A stretch of DNA of 64,000 bases. Source: Nitrosopumilus sp. Lineage in GTDB: Archaea; Thermoproteota; Nitrososphaeria; Nitrososphaerales; Nitrosopumilaceae. Below the pieces are notes generated by a model that searched no databases, was not told the DNA's origin, and worked only from the letters and a program-made list of their open reading frames with translations. This document shows, piece by piece, positions 1 through 8,587 of the stretch (position 1 is its first letter; each line of letters begins with the position of its first letter). Where the stretch lies: positions 1,664,001 to 1,728,000 of the forward strand of contig CBDBLO010000002.1 of assembly GCA_965207075.1 (NCBI GenBank), given 5' to 3'. Both the position numbers and the translations under genes were made by a program.

Positions 1-101
1 CCCCCGATGCACTGAGAACGCCGGCAGGGCGGACATCCGACCTGCAGGGTACGCGCGTCCCGCGACGTGGTGTATGTGCTGAGCCGCGACACCCGGCCGT
101 C

Positions 102-109
102 CTTAAATA
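102..109 (+). promoter_or_regulatory. Putative TATA box (CTTAAATA)
   Basis: AT-rich box in GC-rich context about 22-29 nt upstream of the ATG at 131. Confidence 0.5.
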
Positions 110-130
110 CGGTATGGACGCACAGTACGC

Positions 131-229
131 ATGAGGGCCATCAGGGTGTGCAGGCACTGCGGAGAAGAGTTCTACGACACGCGTGATGTCTTCTGCTCAT
201 ACAAGTGCGCCTCGCAGTCATCAAGCTAG
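131..229 (+). CDS. 32-aa zinc-binding microprotein (CxxC...FCSxxC, TRASH/MYM-like)
   Basis: Hand translation MRAIRVCRHCGEEFYDTRDVFCSYKCASQSSS*; TATA box upstream; below the ORF-track cutoff. Confidence 0.6.
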   Translation: MRAIRVCRHCGEEFYDTRDVFCSYKCASQSSS

Positions 230-399
230 CAGTGGTGGTGAGGGTGGCGGCGTGAAGGGGGCCGGCCGCAGCATGCAACATCAAGGGCGGCCAACGGGGC
301 TACAGGCGTCATATGCGGTTGGGGAAGGCGCAGTATGCAGTAGACGGTTGCGGCTGCGGCTGCTGTTACCAGTCACCTAACCACAATGCAAAATAGCCC

Positions 400-1836
400 A
401 TGCGCTCCATGTCACCCATGAACCTCCTGTCTATAGGTGGCTCCGATCCCTCGTCTGGGGCAGGCATCCAGGGCGACATCAGGACGTTCGGGGCTCACGG
501 CGTCTACGGGCTGTCGGTAGTCACGGCCGTGACGTCCCAGAACACGTCCTCGTTTGTGGGGGCCGAGCCCGTCTCCCAGAGAATGCTAGAGTCGCAGCTC
601 GACGCGATGCTGTCCGACTTTGAGGTGTCCGGGGTGGCGGTGGGAATGATATACACCTCGCGGGCCGTCAGGGCCGTGTCAAGGCGCCTGGCCGAACTGG
701 CAGGCTCCGTGCCCATAGTGGCGGATCCCGTAATCGAGTCCACGACGGGAGGAACGCTCATGCGGCAGCCTGCGCTACGCGACTATGCAAGGCGCATAAT
801 CCCACTTGCGACCGCGACGACCCCGAACGTGCAGGAGGCGCGCCTGCTGCTTGACTGCGCCCGGGGCGAAGGCAGAGGCGCGACCAAAGGGGCAGAAGGC
901 GCCAGGACGCGCGCGGCGCATCCGGAACTCGACGGGGCCGCCGACGCATACGACAGGCTTGCGCTGCGGGTGGTGCACGAGCTTGGCGCAGGCTCTGCCG
1001 TGGTCACCGGCGTCAAGTCCGGCAATTATTATTACGACGTGGTCGCGGCTCGCGACGCCAGGGGAAGGACGAGGACGCGCCGCCTGCGCGGGCGGGCCGT
1101 GCCGTACGAGACGCACGGGGGCGGGTGCGCGTTTGCGGCCTCGCTTCTGTGCGGCCTTGCGTCCGGCATGCCGGTGACGGAATCGGCAAGGGGCGCGAAA
1201 AAATTTGTCGCGCGCCTCATGGGAAACGCCACCAATGCGGGAAAGGGCGCAGGCATTGCAGGAGATATTCACGCCCAGGATGGCGCAGGCATGTCCGGCG
1301 CCGCATCGGCCCTTGCAGGTGCGATAACGGAGTTTACGCGCATCAAGGGCATATACATGCACATACCAGAGTGCCAGACCAACTTTGTGCACTCCGAAAC
1401 GACGGGTCCGCGGAGCGCGGAAAATGTGCTTGGCATACGGGGCAGGATAGTCCGGACGGGCAGAAGGGTTGCAGTGGCGGGGGACATTGCATATGGCGGC
1501 TCAAAGCACGTGGCCGCGGCCCTGGTCGCCGCAAGCAGGAAATTCCCAAGGATAAGATCGGCAGTCAACATCAGATATGACAGGGGCACCATAGGCAGGA
1601 TCACGGGATCCGGGATGACCGTTGCGCGCTACGACAGGAGCCTCGAACCGGCAGGCACGAAGGCCAGGGGGTCGTCCGTGCAGTGGGGCGTCTCAGAGGC
1701 AATCAGGGACGCCGAGTCGGCCCCAGACGCGGTATGCCACGACGGCGACCACGGCAAGGAGCCCATGATCATAATATTCGGAGAGTCCCCCGACGACGTG
1801 CTGGCAAAGGTGCGGCAGGTAACCGCCCCCGCATGA
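400..1836 (+). CDS. thiDN: Bifunctional HMP/HMP-P kinase - thiamine-phosphate synthase (ThiD-ThiN fusion); start may be 418
   Basis: LSIGGSDPSSGAGIQGD, TPNxxEA and HGGGC ThiD motifs; C-terminal ThiN domain (IPECQTN, GGSKHVA, GKEPMI). Confidence 0.93.
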   Translation: MRSMSPMNLLSIGGSDPSSGAGIQGDIRTFGAHGVYGLSVVTAVTSQNTSSFVGAEPVSQRMLESQLDAMLSDFEVSGVAVGMIYTSRAVRAVSRRLAELAGSVPIVADPVIESTTGGTLMRQPALRDYARRIIPLATATTPNVQEARLLLDCARGEGRGATKGAEGARTRAAHPELDGAADAYDRLALRVVHELGAGSAVVTGVKSGNYYYDVVAARDARGRTRTRRLRGRAVPYETHGGGCAFAASLLCGLASGMPVTESARGAKKFVARLMGNATNAGKGAGIAGDIHAQDGAGMSGAASALAGAITEFTRIKGIYMHIPECQTNFVHSETTGPRSAENVLGIRGRIVRTGRRVAVAGDIAYGGSKHVAAALVAASRKFPRIRSAVNIRYDRGTIGRITGSGMTVARYDRSLEPAGTKARGSSVQWGVSEAIRDAESAPDAVCHDGDHGKEPMIIIFGESPDDVLAKVRQVTAPA

Positions 1837-1941
1837 GGGCGCCGGGGCGGGAGGGGGGGACATACGCGCCTGCGCCACGCGCGCAACACAGCACGCGCGA
1901 AGTCGCGAACATAAATAATGGCGCCAACGCCAGCACCCACG

Positions 1942-2646
1942 ATGAAGGCAATCATACTGGCAGGCGGCCTCGGAACCAGGCTCCAGCCGTACACCACGTT
2001 TCTGCCAAAGCCGATGCTGCCCCTGGGCGAAAAGCCGATACTGGAACATCTCGTAGACTGGATAAGGAAGAACGGCATCAAGTCCATGATAATATGCACC
2101 AGCTATCTGCGAAAGACCATCGAGGACTACTTCGAGGACGGCCAGAGGTTCGGCGTCAGCATAGAGTACGCGGCATCCACAAAGCCCCTTGCCACCGCGG
2201 GCCAGCTGAGGACCGCGGGCGACATGATAGACGAGACCTTTGTGTGCATGTACGGGGACGCGATATACGACTTTTCACTGAGGGGCATGATAAAGCACCA
2301 CAAGGAATCAAAGGCGTTTGCTACCATGGGCCTCAGCACGTACAAGACCAACCTGCCGTACGGGGTCATAGAGACGGCAGGATCCGGCAGGGTGACCGAC
2401 TGGAGGGAAAAGCCCGAGATTGCGGCCACGATAAACATGGGATGCTACGTAATGGAGCCGGGCATAATCAAGATGATTCCGGCAAACAAGCCGTACGGCA
2501 TGGACGCGCTCATCAAAAAGGCCATATCCCAGAAAAGGGCGGTGTCAGGGTACATCGCGCCAAGAAACAGTTTTCTGGACATCGGGGACAAAGAGTCCTA
2601 CGAGATGGCGCAGCAGGAGTACATAAAGCGCCTGGGCAAGATATGA
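1942..2646 (+). CDS. Sugar-phosphate nucleotidyltransferase (NDP-sugar synthase family)
   Basis: MKAIILAGGLGTRLQP..PKPM, EKP and FLDIG motifs; TATA ATAAATAA at about 1911. Confidence 0.9.
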   Translation: MKAIILAGGLGTRLQPYTTFLPKPMLPLGEKPILEHLVDWIRKNGIKSMIICTSYLRKTIEDYFEDGQRFGVSIEYAASTKPLATAGQLRTAGDMIDETFVCMYGDAIYDFSLRGMIKHHKESKAFATMGLSTYKTNLPYGVIETAGSGRVTDWREKPEIAATINMGCYVMEPGIIKMIPANKPYGMDALIKKAISQKRAVSGYIAPRNSFLDIGDKESYEMAQQEYIKRLGKI

Positions 2647-2730
2647 GCTCGCAGGCCAGTACAGCTGCGGCGACGGCTGCAGTGGAGCCGCGATGTCAAC
2701 AGTGGCGATGGCGGCAAGGCATGCGGCATG

Positions 2731-3174
2731 CTAGAAATACTCTTTTTTCGGCCGCCTCTTTCTGCGCTTGAAGAGGCGCGCGCCAAACGCCACCACGGGG
2801 GCCGACATCCCCATGAACACATAGGGGGTGATCGCCAGCGCGTCCGTGACGTACACCTCGTCTATCCTCTCAAGCATCACGTGGCACACGTACATTCCGG
2901 CCAGCATGACGGCGCCGCCGCCGATCAAAAGCAGGCCCACCGGCCTCGACCCATAATACCTGGACATGATGAACGCGATCGCCCCCATCACGCCGGCGGG
3001 CGCCGCGCCTATCGATATGAACTGGAGCAGCTTGGGATCGGCCTCAAAGGACAGCGCGTAGTCAAAGTCATCCGGCACGTCGGTCAGAAACCCATACACG
3101 CTTATCATGAGCCCCGAGAACATTGCAAAGAGCGCCAGACTTGCAAGCCCGAGCCATTTTTCAAGCGCCATCAC
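2731..3174 (-). CDS. Conserved four-TM membrane protein
   Basis: Four hydrophobic segments, basic C-terminal tail. Confidence 0.75.
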   Translation of the reverse strand: MMALEKWLGLASLALFAMFSGLMISVYGFLTDVPDDFDYALSFEADPKLLQFISIGAAPAGVMGAIAFIMSRYYGSRPVGLLLIGGGAVMLAGMYVCHVMLERIDEVYVTDALAITPYVFMGMSAPVVAFGARLFKRRKRRPKKEYF

Positions 3175-3290
3175 GGCCGCACCGAGGCGTTGGCAAATAA
3201 ATCATTCAAGTCGGTGCGGGAATCCGCCTCCGCGCAAAAATCCCGGCGCGCCCGCCGAGCCTGCAGGTGGGGGCGGCGCAGCAGCAAGAC

Positions 3291-4304
3291 TCAACCAATG
3301 CCAACCATGTTTGCCAGCTCCTTTCTGCACGAGGCCCCCAGCCTTTTTGCCGCGTCCTCGGGAGACACGTCGTTGAGGTGTATGCCATACCCGCGCTCCA
3401 TGCCAGACCACTGCTTTGTTACGGGGTATACCTCGATGTGCCAGTGCATCAGGCGGCTGCTCTTGCGCTCCGCGGACAGGTGGAACACCATGCTGAACGT
3501 CACGTTCTTTATCATGCTTGCAAGCCCGCCAAGCGTGGCCCTGATCATCAGCGCCAGGTCCTCAATCTCCTTCTGCGACATCTTTGCAAAGCTGACCGCG
3601 TGCCTCTTGGGGGCGATGCAGAACTCAAACGGGTACGTCGGGGACCACGGGCAGTAGGCCACAAAGCTCTCAGTCTGCAGGACGCGCCTCAGCTGGTCGT
3701 CGCTCTCTATTATGTGGCACGTGGGGCACGTGCCGCGCTTCTCCTGCGTCCTCTTGTACGACTCCATCTCGTCGTTCACGGTCGGGGGAATCATCCGGAA
3801 CGATACGATGTTCAGGTGCGGGTGTACCTTTGACCTTCCCCTGAGCCCGCCGACGTGATCCGCGTATACGGCCACGTAGGCGACGCCCTTTTGCGTGTAA
3901 AGCCACCTAAGGCGGTCCTGCACCACTACGAGCGCGTTTGACCACTGCTCAGAGTCTATGGTGGCCAGCGTCTTTGAAGGATCCGGCGAGGCCACGAGCA
4001 CCAGGTGGTGCCCGTACGCCGGCTGGCTCTCAAACGGCTCCTTGCCATAATCGTTTCCGGCCGAAACGGACACGACGGGATTCTTGCTCTCAAAGACCCT
4101 GACGGCCCACCCCTTTACTATCTGGCCGTCTATGTCCTGCTGCCGCCGCAGTATGCCGTCCTTTATCACAAGGGAGAGCATCGAGGGGTTTGTCTTTTTC
4201 TCGTTTCCCGACGCGTATGCAGAGTTGGCGCCCACGCCCGAATCGTCCCCCTCATATATTATCATAAAGCGTTCCGAGGCGTAATCGACCCGTATGCTTC
4301 CCAT
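3291..4304 (-). CDS. galT: Galactose-1-phosphate uridylyltransferase-like protein (GalT/HIT superfamily)
   Basis: HPH motif, CPTC, PFEFCIAPKRH, HWHIEVYP..GME..G..LN..SPE C-terminus. Confidence 0.8.
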   Translation of the reverse strand: MGSIRVDYASERFMIIYEGDDSGVGANSAYASGNEKKTNPSMLSLVIKDGILRRQQDIDGQIVKGWAVRVFESKNPVVSVSAGNDYGKEPFESQPAYGHHLVLVASPDPSKTLATIDSEQWSNALVVVQDRLRWLYTQKGVAYVAVYADHVGGLRGRSKVHPHLNIVSFRMIPPTVNDEMESYKRTQEKRGTCPTCHIIESDDQLRRVLQTESFVAYCPWSPTYPFEFCIAPKRHAVSFAKMSQKEIEDLALMIRATLGGLASMIKNVTFSMVFHLSAERKSSRLMHWHIEVYPVTKQWSGMERGYGIHLNDVSPEDAAKRLGASCRKELANMVGIG

Positions 4305-4477
4305 GCCAAGAGATACCGTATTGCTGTTAAAAAGTTTCCAGAAGGTTAGCGGCGGCGCAGGTGGCGCGGTGTCCGGTTGCCGCCCCGGCCCATGCGCGCA
4401 GCAGTGATCTCTGGAAATGGCGTCCGGGGATCATCGCAGATAGTACAAGAGCCGCGCATGAATCCGCGGCTCCTTCC

Positions 4478-4580
4478 CGGCTTGCTTTCCCCTCCTCCTG
4501 CTCCTGCTCCCTTCCCTTCCCTTCCATTCTCCTCCATTCCCCCCCCCCCCACCCCCTCCATCTCCACCACGCCTTCCCCC
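4478..4580. repeat. Polypyrimidine / poly-C tract
   Basis: About 100 nt almost entirely C/T on the + strand, including a long C run, in a divergent intergenic region. Confidence 0.75.
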
Positions 4581-4716
4581 GTCCTGCCAGTCCCAAGCCA
4601 TGCCCGCAGGCAGGCGCCCAAACCGGAGCGCGCGCCAAGACGACAGTCCATGCAATTGCAACAGACCGCGGCAAAAGCAGCCAAGCTTTAAAACACAGCC
4701 CCGATTCTGCGAGTCA

Positions 4717-6111
4717 GTGTCTTCTTCTCGTTATGACGGCAGACATGACGGCAGCACCGCCGCTAATTATGGCGCCAGTCCGGGTGACGCTAACAATTCC
4801 GGCATCAGCATGATATACGTGCTGCTTGACGGGGTCGGGGACCTGCCGCACGCCGACCTTGGGGGCAGGACGCCGCTGGAGGCCGCATCCACGCCCGCAC
4901 TCGACGCAATAGCGTCAAACGGGGCGTCCGGCAGGGTGATATCAGTGGGCAAGGGAATCGCCCCGGAGTCGGATATTGCAGTATTCAACATGCTGGGATA
5001 CAAGTTCAGCCATGCAGACTATGCCGGGCGCGGCGTGATAGAGGCGATCGGCATAGGGATAGACTTTGCCGACGGGGACCTGGCCTTGCGCGGAAACTTT
5101 GCCACGCTTGACAGGGGCGGCGGCGACAACGTCATAACCGACAGGAGGGCCGGCAGGCACATAGAGCCGGCCGACTCGGAGGCCATATCAAGGGAGCTTG
5201 AGGAGAGCGTCAGGTTCTCGGACCCCCGCATGTCTGTAAAGGTCTCCCCGACCATCGGGCACCGCGTGACGGTCAGGCTGAGGAGGGGCGGCGGCAGGCC
5301 GTACTCGGCAAAGATATCAAACACGGATCCCGCGTACACCAACATCGGCGGGATGGGGGTCGCAAAGGCCGTTGCCGACTTTATGAAAGTCGAGAGGTGC
5401 GTCCCGCTTGACGGCTCGGGCGAGGCTGCGGCGGCCGCGGACGCGACAAACGAGTTCTCAGAGCAGGCAATCTCGATAATGGGGGGCAGTGAGATCAACG
5501 CGGCTCGCGTCGCGGCGGGGAAGAAGGAGCTCAGCTGCATACTGCTCCGAGACGCGGGCAGCAAGTACCCGCGAGTCGAGCCCATCAACCAGAGGTACGG
5601 GATGAACTTTTCATGCATAGTCGACATGCCAGTCGAGATAGGCATATCAAAGGTGCTCAGGATGAAGGCCTTCGAGGCCGGGGGCCTGACAGACTACGAG
5701 GAAAAGGCCAGGGTGGCCTCCGAGGCCATGGAGACCCAGAACGCGATATACGTCCACATCAAGGGCCCCGACGAGTTCGGGCACGACGGGGACGCAGTCG
5801 GGAAAAAGGAGAACATCGAGGAGATCGACAGGCGGTTCTTTGCAAGACTGCTTGACGGCATAGACACGTCGAGAACCGCAGTAGTGATCTCGGCGGACCA
5901 CTCGACGCCGTGCATAAACCACGGGCACAGCGACGACCCGGTGCCGGTGGTGATATCACACGACGGCATACCGGGGGACGGCACCACAAGAATGACAGAA
6001 TCCCAGGCGGCAAGGGGCAGGATAGGAATGCTTGCGGGGGCAGACGTGATCCCCACCGCGCTTGGCATGCTAAGGCGAATCGCTCAAGGAAGGGGCACGC
6101 GCCCCGATTGA
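4717..6111 (+). CDS. apgM: 2,3-bisphosphoglycerate-independent phosphoglycerate mutase (archaeal type); start 4717 (GTG) or 4810
   Basis: LLDGVGD..TPLE, PESD, GRG..EA, KGPDEFGHDG, SADHSTP, HSDDPVP; TTTAAAA about 25 nt before 4717. Confidence 0.93.
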   Translation: MSSSRYDGRHDGSTAANYGASPGDANNSGISMIYVLLDGVGDLPHADLGGRTPLEAASTPALDAIASNGASGRVISVGKGIAPESDIAVFNMLGYKFSHADYAGRGVIEAIGIGIDFADGDLALRGNFATLDRGGGDNVITDRRAGRHIEPADSEAISRELEESVRFSDPRMSVKVSPTIGHRVTVRLRRGGGRPYSAKISNTDPAYTNIGGMGVAKAVADFMKVERCVPLDGSGEAAAAADATNEFSEQAISIMGGSEINAARVAAGKKELSCILLRDAGSKYPRVEPINQRYGMNFSCIVDMPVEIGISKVLRMKAFEAGGLTDYEEKARVASEAMETQNAIYVHIKGPDEFGHDGDAVGKKENIEEIDRRFFARLLDGIDTSRTAVVISADHSTPCINHGHSDDPVPVVISHDGIPGDGTTRMTESQAARGRIGMLAGADVIPTALGMLRRIAQGRGTRPD

Positions 6112-6132
6112 GAACCGCACGGCGAACAGCAG

Positions 6133-6155
6133 GCGGCCGCGTGCCACGCGGCCGC
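6133..6155. terminator. GC hairpin between convergent genes
   Basis: GCGGCCGCGT-GCC-ACGCGGCCGC, 10-bp stem just after the apgM stop; function not established. Confidence 0.3.
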
Positions 6156-6220
6156 GTCGGCAGTTATTGATATTCCGGGTGTGCGGTGGGCGCACGGGCC
6201 CTGCAGCCCACAAGCGCGCG

Positions 6221-6799
6221 TCATATCTCGAACAGCGCCAGTTTCTTCGTTGTGCGCATATCAGATGCCCTCTCCCTGATCATGTCCACGTCTATGGCGT
6301 GATACTTGGAGGGGGACGTCCCAAGTTTTTCAAGGGCCCGCTTTAGCATCCTTATTCCTATCAGCGCCTCGTTTCTCTGGCCGTGCGCAAAGGCCACTGC
6401 GACCAGTATGATCCCCTGCACGAGCTCCTTTTCCCTGCCAAAGCACTGTTTCCAGACGCCCTCAAACGCCTCGTGGCTCTCCCAGAACCGCTCGCTGTTA
6501 AAGTAGAATATGCCGTCCCTTATGCCCTGCTCCTTTTCAATCTCCTCCTCTATCACGTGCCGTACGTTGTCGACGGGCCCGATCGGCGCCAGGTCCCTTG
6601 CCAGCTCATCAAGGCGTCCGGCCTCTACTGACACGTCAAGCTCTATGAACTGGGTTGCGATCCTTGCGACGCGCACAGAGGCGCCTGTCCGCATTCCCAG
6701 TCCGCGGGCCCTGTACACGACCCTGCGGGAGTCGCGGGGGCCGTACTTTCCGTCGTTTTTGAGGTGCAGCATGTACCTCTCCATGCGCATAGCCGACAA
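6221..6799 (-). CDS. DUF309 domain protein
   Basis: GIFYFNSERFWESHEAFEGVW..LVQGII..A pattern. Confidence 0.85.
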   Translation of the reverse strand: MSAMRMERYMLHLKNDGKYGPRDSRRVVYRARGLGMRTGASVRVARIATQFIELDVSVEAGRLDELARDLAPIGPVDNVRHVIEEEIEKEQGIRDGIFYFNSERFWESHEAFEGVWKQCFGREKELVQGIILVAVAFAHGQRNEALIGIRMLKRALEKLGTSPSKYHAIDVDMIRERASDMRTTKKLALFEI

Positions 6800-7067
6800 C
6801 CCTTTTCATAAATTCCTTGTCTTGGGGCACGCACGAACGCACGCACAAACGCACAGACATGCAGGGCCCAACCCCGCATATGACAGGCACGCGCAGGCCT
6901 GCAAGAACCCACAGGATTACGAGTCCGCGTGTACCAACTGCCAAGGAGGGGTTGGCTGACTGTTATTTGCCATCCATGCGTTTTTCGCATCTCCCCTCCT
7001 ACACACATCCCCCCCCCCCACACACTGACTTTAGGTTTATATGAAATCTCTCGGGGGCACATGGTAC

Positions 7068-7457
7068 ATGTCAGTTGTGGGCAAGGTGTCTGATACCAAC
7101 AACGCGCTGCTATCAAGGCGCGAGATTACATGTGACTTTGCGGGCCTTGGCGGCAAACTCAGCAGGTTGGACGCAGTGGAGATGGTCTCAAAGGAGTACG
7201 GGTTGGACGGCAAGACGGTAATTCCGATGAGGCTCAGAAACCACGTCGGGAGGCCTGCAATAACGGGGCTGTTTTACGTATACGACGACGAGTCCTTGGC
7301 GCGCAAGCACGTCAATCCCACCATATTCGCAAGGCTTGAGAAAAGCAGGGCAAAAAAGGCAGAGGAAGAGGGGGCGGCCCAAGACGGCGATAACGCAGAG
7401 CCCGAGGCCTCTGCGGACGAATCATCAGGCGGCAAGGAAGCGGAGGCTGCATCGTAA
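7068..7457 (+). CDS. rps24e: 30S ribosomal protein S24e
   Basis: NALLSRREI and G..YVYDD motifs; acidic tail; TTTATA upstream; coupled to S27ae. Confidence 0.9.
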   Translation: MSVVGKVSDTNNALLSRREITCDFAGLGGKLSRLDAVEMVSKEYGLDGKTVIPMRLRNHVGRPAITGLFYVYDDESLARKHVNPTIFARLEKSRAKKAEEEGAAQDGDNAEPEASADESSGGKEAEAAS

Positions 7458-7633
7458 TGGGAGACGGCAAGAAGGGCTCGAGTCCCAGAATCAGCAGTTA
7501 TTACAAGTTGGACGGCGACAGCCTCAGCCGTACAAAAAAGATCTGCTCCCGGTGCGGCAAGGGCGTATTCATGTCAGAGCACAAGGACAGGCACGCGTGC
7601 GGCAAGTGCGGACTTACCGAGTTCAAGCAATAG
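7457..7633 (+). CDS. rps27ae: 30S ribosomal protein S27ae
   Basis: Hand translation MGDGKKGSSPRISSYYKLDGDSLSRTKKICSRCGKGVFMSEHKDRHACGKCGLTEFKQ*; TAATG overlap with S24e. Confidence 0.95.
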   Translation: MGDGKKGSSPRISSYYKLDGDSLSRTKKICSRCGKGVFMSEHKDRHACGKCGLTEFKQ

Positions 7634-7636
7634 GCG

Positions 7637-8341
7637 CTAGTAGAGCCGCTTTCTGCGCAGCTTCAGACTCCGTTCGCGTATCTGCTCCACGGTGGCAAGC
7701 AGTTCGGGGTCAAACCTTGCGGTGGCAAGCAGTTCGGCGGGTATCTTTACGTTGTTTTCAGCGATGTCCACCGTGGTGCTTGGAAGGCGCCGAGACTGCC
7801 AGTATTTTGAGACCTTGTCCTCGAGCTTGTAATCCCTGAATCCCGCCGGAAACCTCTTTGTTATGTGCCTGATCAGTGTGCGGTCATCAAAGACGGCCCT
7901 CGGATCAAACAGCCGGGACTCGTCGCTGTACACGTTCTCAAACAGGCTCGAGGACGTATAGTCGGAGGTTATCCTCATCTGCGAGACCCGCCACACGAGC
8001 TCCAGGTAATGCAGGAACTCGTGAGCAAGCACGGCGTGTATGGTGCCCTTGAGGCCGTACGCGATCAGCGGCGCCGTTATCTGTATGACGATCCCAAACT
8101 TGTCGCCGGAGCATACGGGTATGGTCCGGGCAAACAGTATTCCGTATCCTATGGTCGGATCCGCGCGGGTCATGACAACGGACGGCTCCACGTATGCGAC
8201 AGGAAACCTTGCCTGCGAGGCCCGCTCGATTCGGTTTATCCCGTCGACTGCGATGGGGAACCTCTTGGCCACGAGCTCAAATATGTCGTCCGGAATCATC
8301 GCGGTCCCGTGCGCATCTCTTAGCCGCTGTAGGGGGTCCAA
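7637..8341 (-). CDS. Conserved hypothetical protein with HExxH motif (putative zinc metalloprotein)
   Basis: AVLAHEFLHY; probable TTG start at 8341. Confidence 0.75.
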   Translation of the reverse strand: MDPLQRLRDAHGTAMIPDDIFELVAKRFPIAVDGINRIERASQARFPVAYVEPSVVMTRADPTIGYGILFARTIPVCSGDKFGIVIQITAPLIAYGLKGTIHAVLAHEFLHYLELVWRVSQMRITSDYTSSSLFENVYSDESRLFDPRAVFDDRTLIRHITKRFPAGFRDYKLEDKVSKYWQSRRLPSTTVDIAENNVKIPAELLATARFDPELLATVEQIRERSLKLRRKRLY

Positions 8342-8411
8342 CTGTGTGGCAGAGCGGCAATGCACGTAAAAAAGCTTGCATGCGCAGCGGCCGTACGAGT
8401 CCCATGCATTG

Positions 8412-8504
8412 TCAGGCCTTTGGCTTGCCGGACGTTTTTCTCCTGCGCGTGGCGGCCATCTGGTCCGCGTGCCTCTGGTGCTTGCCGCGTTTCCTCTTTG
8501 TCAT
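8412..8504 (-). CDS. 30-aa highly basic microprotein
   Basis: Hand translation MTKRKRGKHQRHADQMAATRRRKTSGKPKA*; AATTAA about 25-30 nt upstream. Confidence 0.45.
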   Translation of the reverse strand: MTKRKRGKHQRHADQMAATRRRKTSGKPKA

Positions 8505-8587
8505 GCACTGCGCCAAGACGCCCGACAGTTAATTGTTGCCATTGCGCGCCAAGCAGGATCCGTGCAGGCGCCGCCGTCAGGTGTCAG

